Positions 1 through 12,083 of a stretch of 64,000 nucleotides of DNA are shown here, one piece after another. Each line of letters begins with the position of its first letter. Position 1 is the stretch's first letter. Origin of the DNA: Octopus sinensis (Eukaryota); NCBI RefSeq assembly GCF_006345805.1, contig NC_043000.1, positions 122,264,001 to 122,328,000 on the forward strand, given 5' to 3'. Below the pieces are notes generated by a model. It ran no database searches and was not told the origin of the DNA. It was given only the letters and a program-made list of their open reading frames with translations. The position numbers and the translations under genes are program-made.

Positions 1-3000
1 TGTATCTCTGTGTGTATAGCTGCATATATATATATATATATATTACTATGTGATTTATGTATGCATATATCTGTATATATATATATAGTATATGTATGTA
101 TCTTTAAGCGTGGTGTGTGTGTCTGTGTGTGGTTTGTGTTTGCATATACATAGATGTGATTTTCTTTCTAAGCATAATCATACACCAGCGTGTAATTAAA
201 TATTTCTGTATAAGCGTGTGAATGCCTCTTCGTTACATTTCTGAAAGATAAGCTACAGTACTTATCGCTATTAATTCAAAGTGCCTATCATAATAAAAGT
301 TGAATAAAAAGAAGCATTAGTCACAGGAGTAAGATACGCATTTATATATAGATAAATCTTCATTAACATACCTCCCAACACTAGCACATGAATATAAATT
401 ATTGCACATAGGAACTCATTCATGTATTCGTTTCTTTCACATACATTCTTTTATAGATATCAGTGTTCATATGTGGTATTCTGTATTCTGTGTGTGCGTG
501 TGTGTGTGTGTGTTTGTTTGTGACTATATTTTTATGCATGTGTGTGTATTTCTGTGTGAGCGCTATACCTTATATCTTACCGATTACCATCCGACATATT
601 TAAATTTATATTATCGTTCACAGTTAGACACATGCATTCACACCTGAATGCAAAAATCCTTTTTATTTACCACTCTCAGTTCGGTAGTCAGTCGTAATTC
701 CACACCACTGAACATTTAAATGCTATTATGGCGTTATATCGTTATTTCATATCAAACGATATATAAATATATATGAAAAAAAAAACACTTACTTCAAACA
801 AATCACGGACGTGAGTAAGACAGGCTTGGCTCTGATCTCTGAGCCGTATTAGTTCCGGTTTCTGCTCAAAGATAACCTATATTTTGTTGCTTGTTTCTAT
901 TTAATGGCAGCACTACGATGAAGTAGTATTCAGTAGACCGAATCGTTCCAATAAATAAGATTGGGTTCGATTTTTTCATCGTTAGAATTTGATCAATAAA
1001 CGGCCACAAAGTTGATTACTACCAATGACTGAAGTGATATTCATTTCTCATTGGACTCCAGGGAGAAGTTTTCTTCCAAGGTTGGCTTGGCTAAGCTATT
1101 AGAATTCTTTTATCGACTCATCAATGAATAGTTTTGTTGATAGATCAGCAATCTTACAGTGCAAACTTTCTCATTATCATTATATGTAATTTTCTCTCTG
1201 AAGATGTTTCGGTAAATTTCCTATTAAATTAGAAAGATTGGCCGATTCTAATCTTAATATTGTCTGCAATTGACGTTATCACTCCACAAGCAAAACTAAA
1301 TCTGTAAAAAGAAAAATGGCTTGATGATTATTCCCATTGGGTTTTAACTCAATTTATATGTAGATAAAGCAGAGTACAAAACCTCAAATATTATTTAAAT
1401 GCATTTTTTTAAAGGAAAATATTCAGACCGAAAGACGATTAAGTCTTTCTAGACACTTCTTAATATTTCCCAATTCCTAATTTAAATAATGTCAATTCTG
1501 TTCTTATGTTTTTTTAATGATTTTTGAGAATTCTACTCTAACACCCACGTCGCAAAATTCGTCAATGAATATGACTTAATTTCTGTGTCTCATGAACTAC
1601 ATTACAAACATCTTCACATTTTTAAGATTGACACTTGTTTTAAATTGTCTGAAATTTAAGTCAAGTGCACAGTTTCTCTCATATTCCAAGTAATCTATAT
1701 TCAAAGAATAATGTTGACTTAGCGTTCTGTCAACGAGAAACGTATGAATTGTTTCTTCAACCCATAAAAGGAATCTAGTTTGCAAACAACTGTGTTAGCG
1801 ATAAATATGGCTCTGCATTAATGACAGAATATGTAAGGAAAGTCTTGGCTTGTAATTAACTTGTAATTTTGGAAACTATCTACAACTAACTTCTATAAAA
1901 GAATGCGAACATATGAAAAAAATTGACTATATACAAAAATATATTAACGAAATAAAGTTTTCACTTTGTCACTTTCCACTCGTTCTCGACCCTACAGAAG
2001 CCTGATTACAATGTACTGTGTATTTATAATACTTCACTCAATCGTGAATATCGTATCAACAATTTAGTAAAAGCATTAACGATTATTTTCTTATTTTCTA
2101 ATGAACAGGTATCTATTGAGACATTAGAGTACGAAGAGCGACAATACTAATTTCCGATAAAATAAATTCTAAACCCCAATTATTTACACCTTCTGCAAAA
2201 CATAGAAATGTTATATCACCTGACTCAGCCCAACTCTTAACCTACATTTTCTTTGTTATAGCGAAACTTTTCTTCAAACTATTCCAAAACTATTTCATTT
2301 CTAATCAGGAATCCTTTAAATTTCTGCAACAAAATAATAGAAATATTTATCTCTTCTATCCTTTATATTTTTGTTCAAAATATTACCATTTTTCTATCAA
2401 AATGAATCTCTAACACCATTACCAAACACTCCGAGCTTTTTCTGTACAAATAGGACTATAAGATCATTCATTGAATCTACAAAGCAAAAGCAGTCAATTA
2501 CCACTAGTGAAAAACAACAACACCTTATTGTCGTATATTGGCTAAACCATCATCTTTTAAAACAGAATTAACCAACATAAAGCATTCTTTTTTATCACTA
2601 AGAAAATGGAGAATATCACGTGTTCTTGTCGTAACTTCTTAGGCTTGCAATATTTTAAGTTTCGATTTTTCTATCCAATGACATGCATACATATTTGTCT
2701 AAATCTAACATTTAGTTTCTCATGAAAAAAATGTATTTCCAAATTTCCACTAGAATTCTGACAACAGCCACAGTTTAATTCTTGTTTATTGTTTTGAATC
2801 AATCTTTTACTTTCCAATATATTTTTATGATACGCATCCCTATAAGTTATTTCTTAGATATATTTGAGCACACGCCTGGTAACCCAGAGGAGGTACTCTA
2901 GCCAAATCCATACCATGTCTGTTACATCTCTCACGGTTTTCTTTTTATCACAAAATTGTTCAAAACAGAAGTGTTTACAGCTTCTTACGCATGTGTGTAT

Positions 3001-3533
3001 TCCTGTATATGTGTCTGTGTGCGTGTGTGCGGGCTTCTGTATTCATGTGTGTGTGTGTGTTTAAGCATATAGATACAAAGTACGGGGAAAAGAATAGCAT
3101 TCGAATATCACTATTTATTAAGGCCGAAAATAATCTATACAAATTGTTACTCAGTTTCACGTGACTGCTAGTTGTGATAATACTGTTTAATGAATTATGA
3201 GAGTGTATATAATATAATATAATATAATATAATATAATCTTTACAGTACTATCTGTAGAGGCTCCAAAGACAATATGATACAATTTTAAATTATATTATA
3301 TTCTATATGCTCACATAATTTATTATTCAGTGTCACGTGGGACTATGTGTAACTGATTGTGAAATCACTTTTCGTGTTACTCTAAGGAACGTTTGAATTC
3401 ATTATTACAACTATACACACACATAAACACACACATACCTTAGAGTAACACGAAATGTGCTTTCACAAATAGTTACTCAAACTCCCACGTGACGCTCAAT
3501 AATAAATCATGTGAGTATATATGTTATAATATA

Positions 3534-3585
<52 letters not shown>

Positions 3586-3614
3586 ATATATACATATATA
3601 TATTAAAGGATTAA

Positions 3615-5035
3615 AGGCTTGGAAGTTTTCGAAGCGGACCTGCTGAAAATTATGAGCAAAATAAAATTTCGTAAGTCTTTTAACGATTTACAACATAAAT
3701 TGAAAAACTATATTAAACATATAAAAAGCTCCAAGAAAAAAGCACCTTTTTTCGGATAAAACTAAAAACTTATACCTGGTAGATAACAGCAAATACACAC
3801 AACTCTTACACAACAGCATCATTAATAATTATACTAAGGCTAGGGCACAGACATATAACGAAATTAATAAAGAAGCTAGCGTCATCGCCGCTAAACTTAA
3901 ATTAGATAAAAAAAATAGAAGCCCTCCTCCCAAAAGAGGCCTTTATTACTATTAAAGATCACAAAGAAAACTTCCTTTCCAACCCTAAATGTAGGCTTAT
4001 CAACCCAGCCAAGTCAGAACTTGGGATTATTAGTAAAGAAATTTTAGATAAAATAAATGCAAAAATTTAGACCGATACTAGTATAGAAGTCGTAGACTGG
4101 TTTAAAGCTATTACGAATAAGAAAAAAGCGAGGTTTACACAATTCGATATTGTTGATTTTTATGCCTCTATCTCTAAAGAACTGCTAGATAAAGCCCTCA
4201 TCTTCGCTAGCGACTTCATAGAAATTAGTACCAATGATAAGGACATAATCTTCCATGCTAGAAAGACCTTACTTTTCAGTGAGAGCGCAAAGTGGGTGAA
4301 AACACCGATACAGAGGGCGCTTTCGATGTGAGCATGGGTTCATATGATGGGGCAGGCATCTGCGATCAAATTGGACTTTTTCTCCTAGATACCTTAGGTA
4401 AGACATTCCCTAACGTACATTTCGCCATCTACAAAGATGATGCCCTCGCCTTAACAGCTAATACAAATGGACCAGCACAAGATTGTTTTAGGAAGGATAT
4501 TATCCAGTTAATGAAATACTTCGGACTTAGTATAACTATAGATACTAACCTGACGGTTGTCAATTTCTTAGACGTTTCCTTAGATCTTAATAAGAATATT
4601 TATAAGCCTTATAGGAAGCCCAATGATAGACTAATTTATATTAATGTAGGTTCATGCCATCCCCCTATAGTATTCAAACATTTAGTTAAAAATATTAGTA
4701 AGTGGATTTCTAGCCTCTCCTCTGATAAGGACATCTTCAATAGCGTTGCCCCAGTTTATAATAAGGCTTTAAAAGATAGTGGTTTTAGCGAAAAAATAAA
4801 ATATACACCGATTACTAGCCCAACAGTAAGGAAAAGGAATAACAGAAATAGGAAGGTCATCTGGTTTACGCCCCCTTACTCACCCGAGGTGGCCTTCAAT
4901 ATAGGTAAATATTTCCTAGCACTGATAGATAGACATTTTCCAGTTAACCATACTTATAGGAAACTCTTCAATAGACACAATTTAAAAATTAGTTTTAGTT
5001 CCACTACCAATTTTAAAAACATAATCAAACGATAA
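3615..5035 (+). mobile_element. Penelope-like element (PLE) reverse transcriptase remnant, frameshifted, no GIY-YIG domain visible
   Basis: Manual translation upstream of ORF 4292-5035 gives AFITIKDHKENFLSNPKCRLINPAKSELGIISK. The ORF has FDVSMGSYDGAGIC, IYKDDAL, VNFLDVSLDL, YKPYRKPN and VIWFTPPYS, typical of a PLE RT lineage common in aquatic invertebrates. Frameshifts near 3770, 3915 and 4290. Confidence 0.85.
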
Positions 5036-6079
5036 TAATAATTATTCGTAAGTACACAATATTCCTATTAACAAACACACAATAGTTTACATTATCTCAG
5101 AATTATAACATATACCAGTACTATTGTCTCCTACTGTTCAATACACCACAGAAGTTGATATTTTGAATATTTCTATCCTTATTTGCCATTACCTATATTT
5201 ATTACCTATATTTACTGTTATTATCTATATATTTCTTGTTGCACAAACAACTTGGTTAAGTGACCAACAACGAATCGAAGACACTGAAAAACAATAGGTA
5301 GCTCACAACAACAGTAACAAAAAACACATCTTTAAATATCGCAACTGGTCGTACATTGAAGTGGATACTTTCATTAACTCATGGTTCATTTTCTTTCAAA
5401 CCGATAACATACATGCCCCAAACTTCAATTTCATTGCTAAAAGAGTTGGCCATCTCTTTAATAACCCTGCTTCATATCTCACTGTGAGAAACCTGTAACC
5501 ACGTGGATAAACCACGTGGATAAACTAGCCCGAAATTTTTTACTCACCACAGCCCATTTAATGTTATTATCTATATTTTTTTGTTGCACAAACAACTTGG
5601 TTAAGTGATCAACAACGAATCGAAGACACTGAAAAACAATAAATAGTTCACAACAACAGCAACAGTAACAAAAAAAACACATCTTTAAATATTGCAACTG
5701 GTCATATATTGAAGTGGATACAACTACAACATTCACATCAGCAGCTAAAAGAACTAATAGACCCGTCATTATCGTCATCATCATTGTTTCCATCTTCTAC
5801 TGCTACTTCCCCTTCTTCATCTTCTCTCCCCCTCCTCCTGCTACTACTCCTAGTGGCCAAAGCCAAACATTCCATTCTACCTCGCCAGTGACCCATCCCA
5901 ACCACCCTTACTTTCTCCATATCCCACCACCATAGCTCCACTAACAACTCAAGTACCATTGCTACTATACTACTATCTCAGCCAGTGTACAAAATCAACC
6001 ACTGCTCCTTTCCCCCTCTCCATTCAAGTCAAACAATTCTAAATCTCAAGCTATTCACGATCCACCGCCCACATAAACG

Positions 6080-7405
6080 ATGACGGGTAACGGAAATCCA
6101 CGGACTGCCAGCTCAGAGAGCAACACTTGCCTGGCCACAGACATCATATTGAAAATCATCTCATCAACACAAAATCAAGATATAAAAAGTGTCTTGTCGA
6201 AATATGATATCAAACAGGAAAGTGGAGCAATATACAAAAATATCTTCACCAACTGTAAGTTTACGATGTTAAAGAAAGCAGCAGCTTTCTTGAATGATGG
6301 TGTCCAAGTTGAGCTCACAAAACCAAACCTCACCAACAGGATTATAACAAGGATTGAAAACTTCCTCCCGGAGACTTGCAAAATGTGTGACAAACAGTAC
6401 TGCATTACATTTGGCCAAAAACCAGCTTTGGCATGCTTCATCTGTGGACAAGGAATACACGAAGCGTGCTACTTAAAAAAGATAAATAACCACACCATTC
6501 CAGATATTCTAGGCCTACACTGGCTATGCAGTTATTGTTCACCAAGGGCCACAATAACGAATGAACCTAGGACTCTACCACAGACAGGCCGTTCTAAACA
6601 GACATTGATTGGCGAAACTGACATGGCAAATAAATCCTGCCACACACAGGCCATCCAAGTGCCTCTTGTAAATGACAAGAATGAAGACAATGACATGCAA
6701 ACATCTACAAAACAAGAAACAGGAGATCCTGCAGAAAAAGACCAAACTTCCCACGAAAAGAAACAGATCCAGAGCAAACGCTCAAATGAAGAAAGGCCAG
6801 TATGTATCCATTACAGGCGCAACAAGTGCAAACATGGTCTTTCAGGTACAGGGTGCATGTACAGTCACCCCAAACCATGCAGACCATATATCAACTTCGG
6901 TACTGATCGAAAAAAAGGATGCCAAAATGGCCGAGAATGTGAACTCCTTCACCCAAAGATGTGCCGCAATTCGCTGAGAAAAAAAGAATGTTTTGGTGAG
7001 AATTGCAAATTTATGCACCGGAATGGTACAATTCGCATAAAAACTACTGAACCCACACCACCAGGACCAAGCTCAGCAGGGTATGAAAACCATTTCCCAA
7101 AAATGCGGAAACCAGGTCATGGCTCAGCAGGGTATGAAAACCATTTCCCAAAAATGCGGAACCCAGGTCATGGCTCAACAGTGAATGAAAATCATGCTAC
7201 TCAATTGCATACATCAGCTGTAACAAACCCAAACTCGCAGAAATTCGATATAGTAATGAATGAAAGCAGTTTTTTAGGCATAATCTACCAACTACAACAA
7301 CAGCTGTACTCCAGACAGACGACCCAGCAAAACCAGGCAACATTGATACAAAGGCTGACACCTGGACTTACAGGGCACATACAACAAATACAGACAGCCC
7401 AGTAG
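6080..7405 (+). CDS. LINE ORF1 protein, 441 aa, PHD-like finger plus three CCCH-type zinc fingers, Q-rich tail
   Basis: CKMC...CFICGQGIHEAC...WLCSYC (PHD pattern); CIHYRRNKCKHGLSGTGCMYSH, CRPY...GCQNGRECELLH, CRNSLRKKECFGENCKFMH (CCCH); directly precedes an endonuclease ORF. Confidence 0.85.
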   Translation: MTGNGNPRTASSESNTCLATDIILKIISSTQNQDIKSVLSKYDIKQESGAIYKNIFTNCKFTMLKKAAAFLNDGVQVELTKPNLTNRIITRIENFLPETCKMCDKQYCITFGQKPALACFICGQGIHEACYLKKINNHTIPDILGLHWLCSYCSPRATITNEPRTLPQTGRSKQTLIGETDMANKSCHTQAIQVPLVNDKNEDNDMQTSTKQETGDPAEKDQTSHEKKQIQSKRSNEERPVCIHYRRNKCKHGLSGTGCMYSHPKPCRPYINFGTDRKKGCQNGRECELLHPKMCRNSLRKKECFGENCKFMHRNGTIRIKTTEPTPPGPSSAGYENHFPKMRKPGHGSAGYENHFPKMRNPGHGSTVNENHATQLHTSAVTNPNSQKFDIVMNESSFLGIIYQLQQQLYSRQTTQQNQATLIQRLTPGLTGHIQQIQTAQ

Positions 7406-7817
7406 ACCGAATATCCAGTCAGCACAGTCCCAGCAACTACAACAGTCTTGCCAACAATAGGGCAGATGTATCCGGTACAACAAGCATAATAACAGCAAAT
7501 ATCCAGGGTCTTTATCCGAAAACAAAACAGTGTAAAGTCCCTTTCTTGGAAGAATTAGCAACAGAAAACAACTCCAAAATAATTGGAATTACTGAAAGTC
7601 ATCGCAACGAAAACATCCGCAACAGCGAAATCACAATCAATAGATTCAACATCTTCAGATGTGATAGACAAGGCAGATCCCATGGGGGCGTTATCATGTA
7701 TATCCATGATACCTATGCATGCATAGAACTTGTCAATGAATCAAATTCCTACTGCAACCTGCTGTGCATAAAAATCATCCAACTTAATACAGTTGTAACA
7801 ATAATGTACAGACCGCC
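7264..7817 (+). pseudogene. LINE ORF2 N-terminus, apurinic-like endonuclease, truncated
   Basis: Frame open from 7264: ...SIITANIQGLYPK...IIGITESH...FRCDRQGRSHGGVIMYI...IMYRPP are canonical APE motifs. It then reads into the low-complexity repeat until the stop at 8454. Confidence 0.9.
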
Positions 7818-8460
7818 AAAAATTTTTCGAAAATTTTCACAGAAATCTTTATCCAAAAATGTTTTGAAAATTTTCACCAAAAAGTTTTCGAAAATTTTCA
7901 CCCAAAATTTTACCCAAAATTTTTCGAAAATTTTACCCAAATATTTTTCAAAAATTTTTGTCGAAAATTTTCACCGAAAATTTTCCCCAAAAATTTTTCG
8001 AAAATTTTTACCGAAAACTTTACCCAAAAATTTTACCCAAAATTTTTCGAAAATTTTACCCAAAAGTTTTTCGAAAATTTTTGTCGAAAAATTTCCCCAA
8101 AAAATTTTTCGAAAATTTTCACAGAAATCTTTATCCAAAAATGTTTTGAAAATTTTCACCAAAAAGTTTTCGAAAATTTTCACCCAAAATTTTACCCAAA
8201 ATTTTTCGAAAATTTTACCCAAATATTTTTCAAAAATTTTTGTCGAAAATTTTCACCGAAAATTTTCCCCAAAAATTTTTCGAAAATTTTTACCGAAAAC
8301 TTTACCCAAAAATTTTACCCAAAATTTTTCGAAAATTTTACCCAAAAGTTTTTCGAAAATTTTTGTCGAAAAATTTCCCCAAAAAATTTTCGAAAATTTT
8401 CCGCAAAAATTACTCGAAAATTTTCACCGAAAACTAAACCCCAAAATTATTTGAAATTTT
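7818..8460. repeat. A4T4-rich tandem repeat: two near-identical 282-bp units plus a degenerate tail
   Basis: aaaaatttttcgaaaattttcacagaaatc starts at 7818 and again at 8100. The ORF track shows near-identical peptides starting at 7958 and 8240 (offset 282). Confidence 0.9.
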
Positions 8461-8830
8461 CTATGTTATGTCCCAAGAAGATTTTTATATATTTTTATAT
8501 ATTTTTATATATTTTTTATATATTTTTAATGTATTTTTATGTAATTTTTATGACGAAAAATGCGAGCGATGTATAAGTACGCAGGCAAGCAGAGTTCTAA
8601 CACAGTAATTTCCCTTTGTATAACGGTATTTTTTCATAGCGTTTTCAAGTAGTCAGATAACCGAAGAGATGGTGTTGTGGATTTCCACTTCGGCATCTGA
8701 AACTCAGAGTTTTATCTTGACTATCGAGTAATGTAACATATTATTGTATAGATAAATTTCCTCTATTTACATAATATTGAGGTATTTTTCTTTCTTTTGT
8801 TATCTTACCGTTTTACCAATATATATATAT

Positions 8831-8960
<130 letters not shown>

Positions 8961-9713
8961 GATAGTAAGGGATTATCAATCCGGGCAAAATACCTCATTA
9001 GATCTCTGTTGGTACACCATGCCAACAACATCATTTAGTTTAGTGAAGAACGCCCGATAAGTTTGTGCCAGCGTCTAAGATTATGGTTCATCACAATTCT
9101 ATATCGTGAACCCGCTCCAGATGTACTACAGACAAACTGGTATTTATTAAGTGTGGTATATGAAAAAAAAAACAAGTTAGAAATAATGGTCATCACATTT
9201 TCTCCTTTTTTTGTAACAAATTTGGCTTACAATCACTTATATCATGCATTTCCCTCTTTCTCCTTACCATCCACTTAACTCTTTCTAACCTTTCTTGCTC
9301 TGATGTCTACTCTGCTTCCATCTTTCCATCTTGTTATCTACCTGCTTCCCCATGCGGTATCATTCCATCAAGAAAGTAGCATCAATGTTCTTAAGTCATT
9401 TAATAGAACGAATGGGTTAACCCGTTGGTAATGTACCTATAGTGACTACTGGAAACAATCCAATAAAATCGAGGAATTTTAATAATAAGGACAGCAAGAG
9501 TGGAGAGAGTCAACCGGCAGCGAGATGAGGGAGCGAATATGCATTCTATAACCTTTGTGAGAAAATTCCTAAATGGTAAATTTAATTTTAATTTTCATTC
9601 ACGTGAAGAAAAAATAGGTTTTTACCTGATGTAACTGATTTCTTCGTCAACAAAAACACGTTGAAACAGCTGTAGTGAACCTCAACCCATTTTTTTTATT
9701 CATATGTAACTGA

Positions 9714-9779
<66 letters not shown>

Positions 9780-10314
9780 AAAGCAATAAAGATTCAAGTC
9801 AATTTTAATGAATTTACTTGAATATGGTACCTAACTTAGATGCACCAAAAAACTATACGGATTTAACCATACAGTAATGTGGGGTGATTATAAGCGAGAA
9901 AGAAGCAACAAGAATGGATAAGTTTTTAGTACAATCGTTTCATACAAAGACAGGCTTTATTAAAAGTTGCAAAAATTGCAGCATATAAACGTGTCCCGTA
10001 CTCATCAGCTAAAATACATGTGAGTTCTCTAGACATCTTAGTGGTTGAGGCTATACTCATGAAGTAATGTAGATAATTAAGTAACATAAACAGATTTCCA
10101 AAGTTCATTAAAGTTATTTAAAGATGATGCACAGTCTTATCACAGATTTTTAAAAAAGTTTTAATAGCATCACATAGAAGAAGGTGACATGTATTTTAGC
10201 TGATGAGTACGGGACACGTTTATATGCTGCAATTTTTGCAACTTTTAATAAAGCCTGTCTTTGTATGAAACGATTGTACTAAAAACTTATCCATTCTTGT
10301 TGCTTCTTTCTCGC

Positions 10315-10359
<45 letters not shown>

Positions 10360-10360
<1 letters not shown>

Positions 10361-10531
10361 GCGTAGCAGTGGCTGTGTGGCAAGTAGCTTGTTTACCAGC
10401 CACATGATGGTTCCGGTTTCAGTCCGACTGCGTGGCACATTGGGCAAGTGTCTTCTACTATAGCCTCGGGCCGACCAATGCCTTGTGAGTGGATTTGGTA
10501 GACGGAAACTGAAAGAAGCCCGTCGTATATA

Positions 10532-10579
<48 letters not shown>

Positions 10580-10797
10580 TGTGTGTGTTTGTGTGTCTCT
10601 GTTTGTCCCCCTAGCATTGCTTGACAACTGATGCTGGTGTGTTTATGTCCCCGTTACGCAGCGGTTCGGCAAAGGAGACCGATAGAATAAGTACTGGGCT
10701 TACAAAAGAATAAGTCCCGGGGTCGAGTTGCTCGATTAAAGGCGGTGCTCCAGCATGGCCGCAGTCAGATGACTGAAACAAGTAAAAGAGTAAAAGA
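10360..10797 (+). mobile_element. tRNA-derived SINE, family A (octopus-type), full length with internal (TA)n
   Basis: A-box-like tggctgtgtgg, B-box-like ggtttcagtcc, 3' end ggccgcagtc...gactgaaacaagtaaaagagtaaaag; several homologous copies in the window. Confidence 0.85.
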
Positions 10798-10939
10798 TAT
10801 ATATATATATATATACATACGTGTGTGTGTGAGTGTGTGGATGGATAAATGGATGCATAGCTATAAACCTATATCTCTACCTATTAACACCTGCATTTCT
10901 ACTATGTATCTGTGCATGTATATATTAATGCATGGTGAC

Positions 10940-11015
<76 letters not shown>

Positions 11016-11761
11016 GTGTGTGTAGATGTGTGCATTTGTGTATGCGTCATTCTTCTTATATTTAACAATGAATGTCTACAATGCTTATGTATTCACTAAT
11101 CCTAATTTTATAGATATCTCCTTATAGACCAAATGTCTCTGAAAATCTGGCTTCCTTTTCTCCCGTTTCTCCGCTAAACACCGAATTGTATATTGTGTCT
11201 AAATCTAATCAATACCTTTTTTCTGTAACCGTCTTCGTCTAACGTCATTTTTTCTGTAAGAAATTTTGTTTTGTTTTCCTAAGGGTTCGTTGCATAATGG
11301 TACTTGTTTACACAGAACCGTTGATATATTGAAATTGCTATATACGAATCTATCGTTCATTCTTATGTCAAAAGTTAAGTACGCTATCATTTCCTTAAAT
11401 GTATTTCTATTTCTACAAGTTCCAATTATTTTTTTTTCAATTTTTGCAGATTTTGCTACTAACGATATTCGTACTTGGTAATTCTAACCAATTTCTTGTA
11501 TTCTATATTTTAAACTAATCCATTTTTATTTATTCAAAAATATAATAAGCTATTTACTTGAATCATTCCCAATTTTTTACATTTATGCAACGCTTGAACG
11601 ACTACTCTTAGTTGTATTACATGTTTCTAATGTTTACACACCCTCTCCCACACGCCACATCCCTCATTTTCAATAAATAAATATGTCTATGAGAAGTGAA
11701 ATTCCTAGTAATTTAAATGCCTTTTCACGCCCCTTATTCATCTCATTTCTTTGCATGCTAT

Positions 11762-12025
11762 AAACATTTTTTCACGTTAAGAGTTGCTGAAGCATGGAAT
11801 AAACTACCGGCATCAGTTGTTGGTTGTCGGAGCACTGCATCCTTCAAAACTTCCATGCTTCCCGAGATGCGCCAACACTACACCTGATTTTCTCCCATCC
11901 ATACTCACGCAAGCATGTATCTGACTCATACACTGTTCACTTTCCAGACATTTGTACATCACTGCATATGCTTTATACGCACTTTTGACAGGTTGTGGTG
12001 CACCTGAGCACTGTATACAATAATT

Positions 12026-12083
<58 letters not shown>
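11762..12083 (+). mobile_element. CR1-like LINE 3' end with (ATT)n tail
   Basis: Translates FFTLRVAEAWNKLPASVVGCRSTASFKTSM (CR1 ORF2 C-terminal FF.RV..WN.LP motif), followed by a 3'UTR and (ATT)n at about 12025-12083. Confidence 0.75.

Larger units (their letters stand above)
5215..7817 (+). mobile_element. CR1-type LINE, 5' portion (putative 5'UTR, ORF1, start of ORF2); 3' part with RT absent
   Basis: PHD/CCCH ORF1 at 6080-7405, followed by an overlapping AP-endonuclease frame that breaks off at YRPP (7817). The 5' boundary is inferred from the duplicated upstream block. Confidence 0.8.

Noticed and set aside
900-2750. Possible very old L1-type ORF2 on the minus strand (KLDSFY-like and NWEIL-like scraps)
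   Set aside because: Motifs are too few and too degenerate to support without a profile search.
7749-8454. K/F/I-rich ORFs on both strands, and the 302-aa ORF taken as a novel protein
   Set aside because: Only the first ~90 aa of the 302-aa ORF are endonuclease; the rest is stop-free tandem repeat.
7818-8460. Possible CRISPR-like array
   Set aside because: No unique spacers, no cas genes, eukaryotic context.
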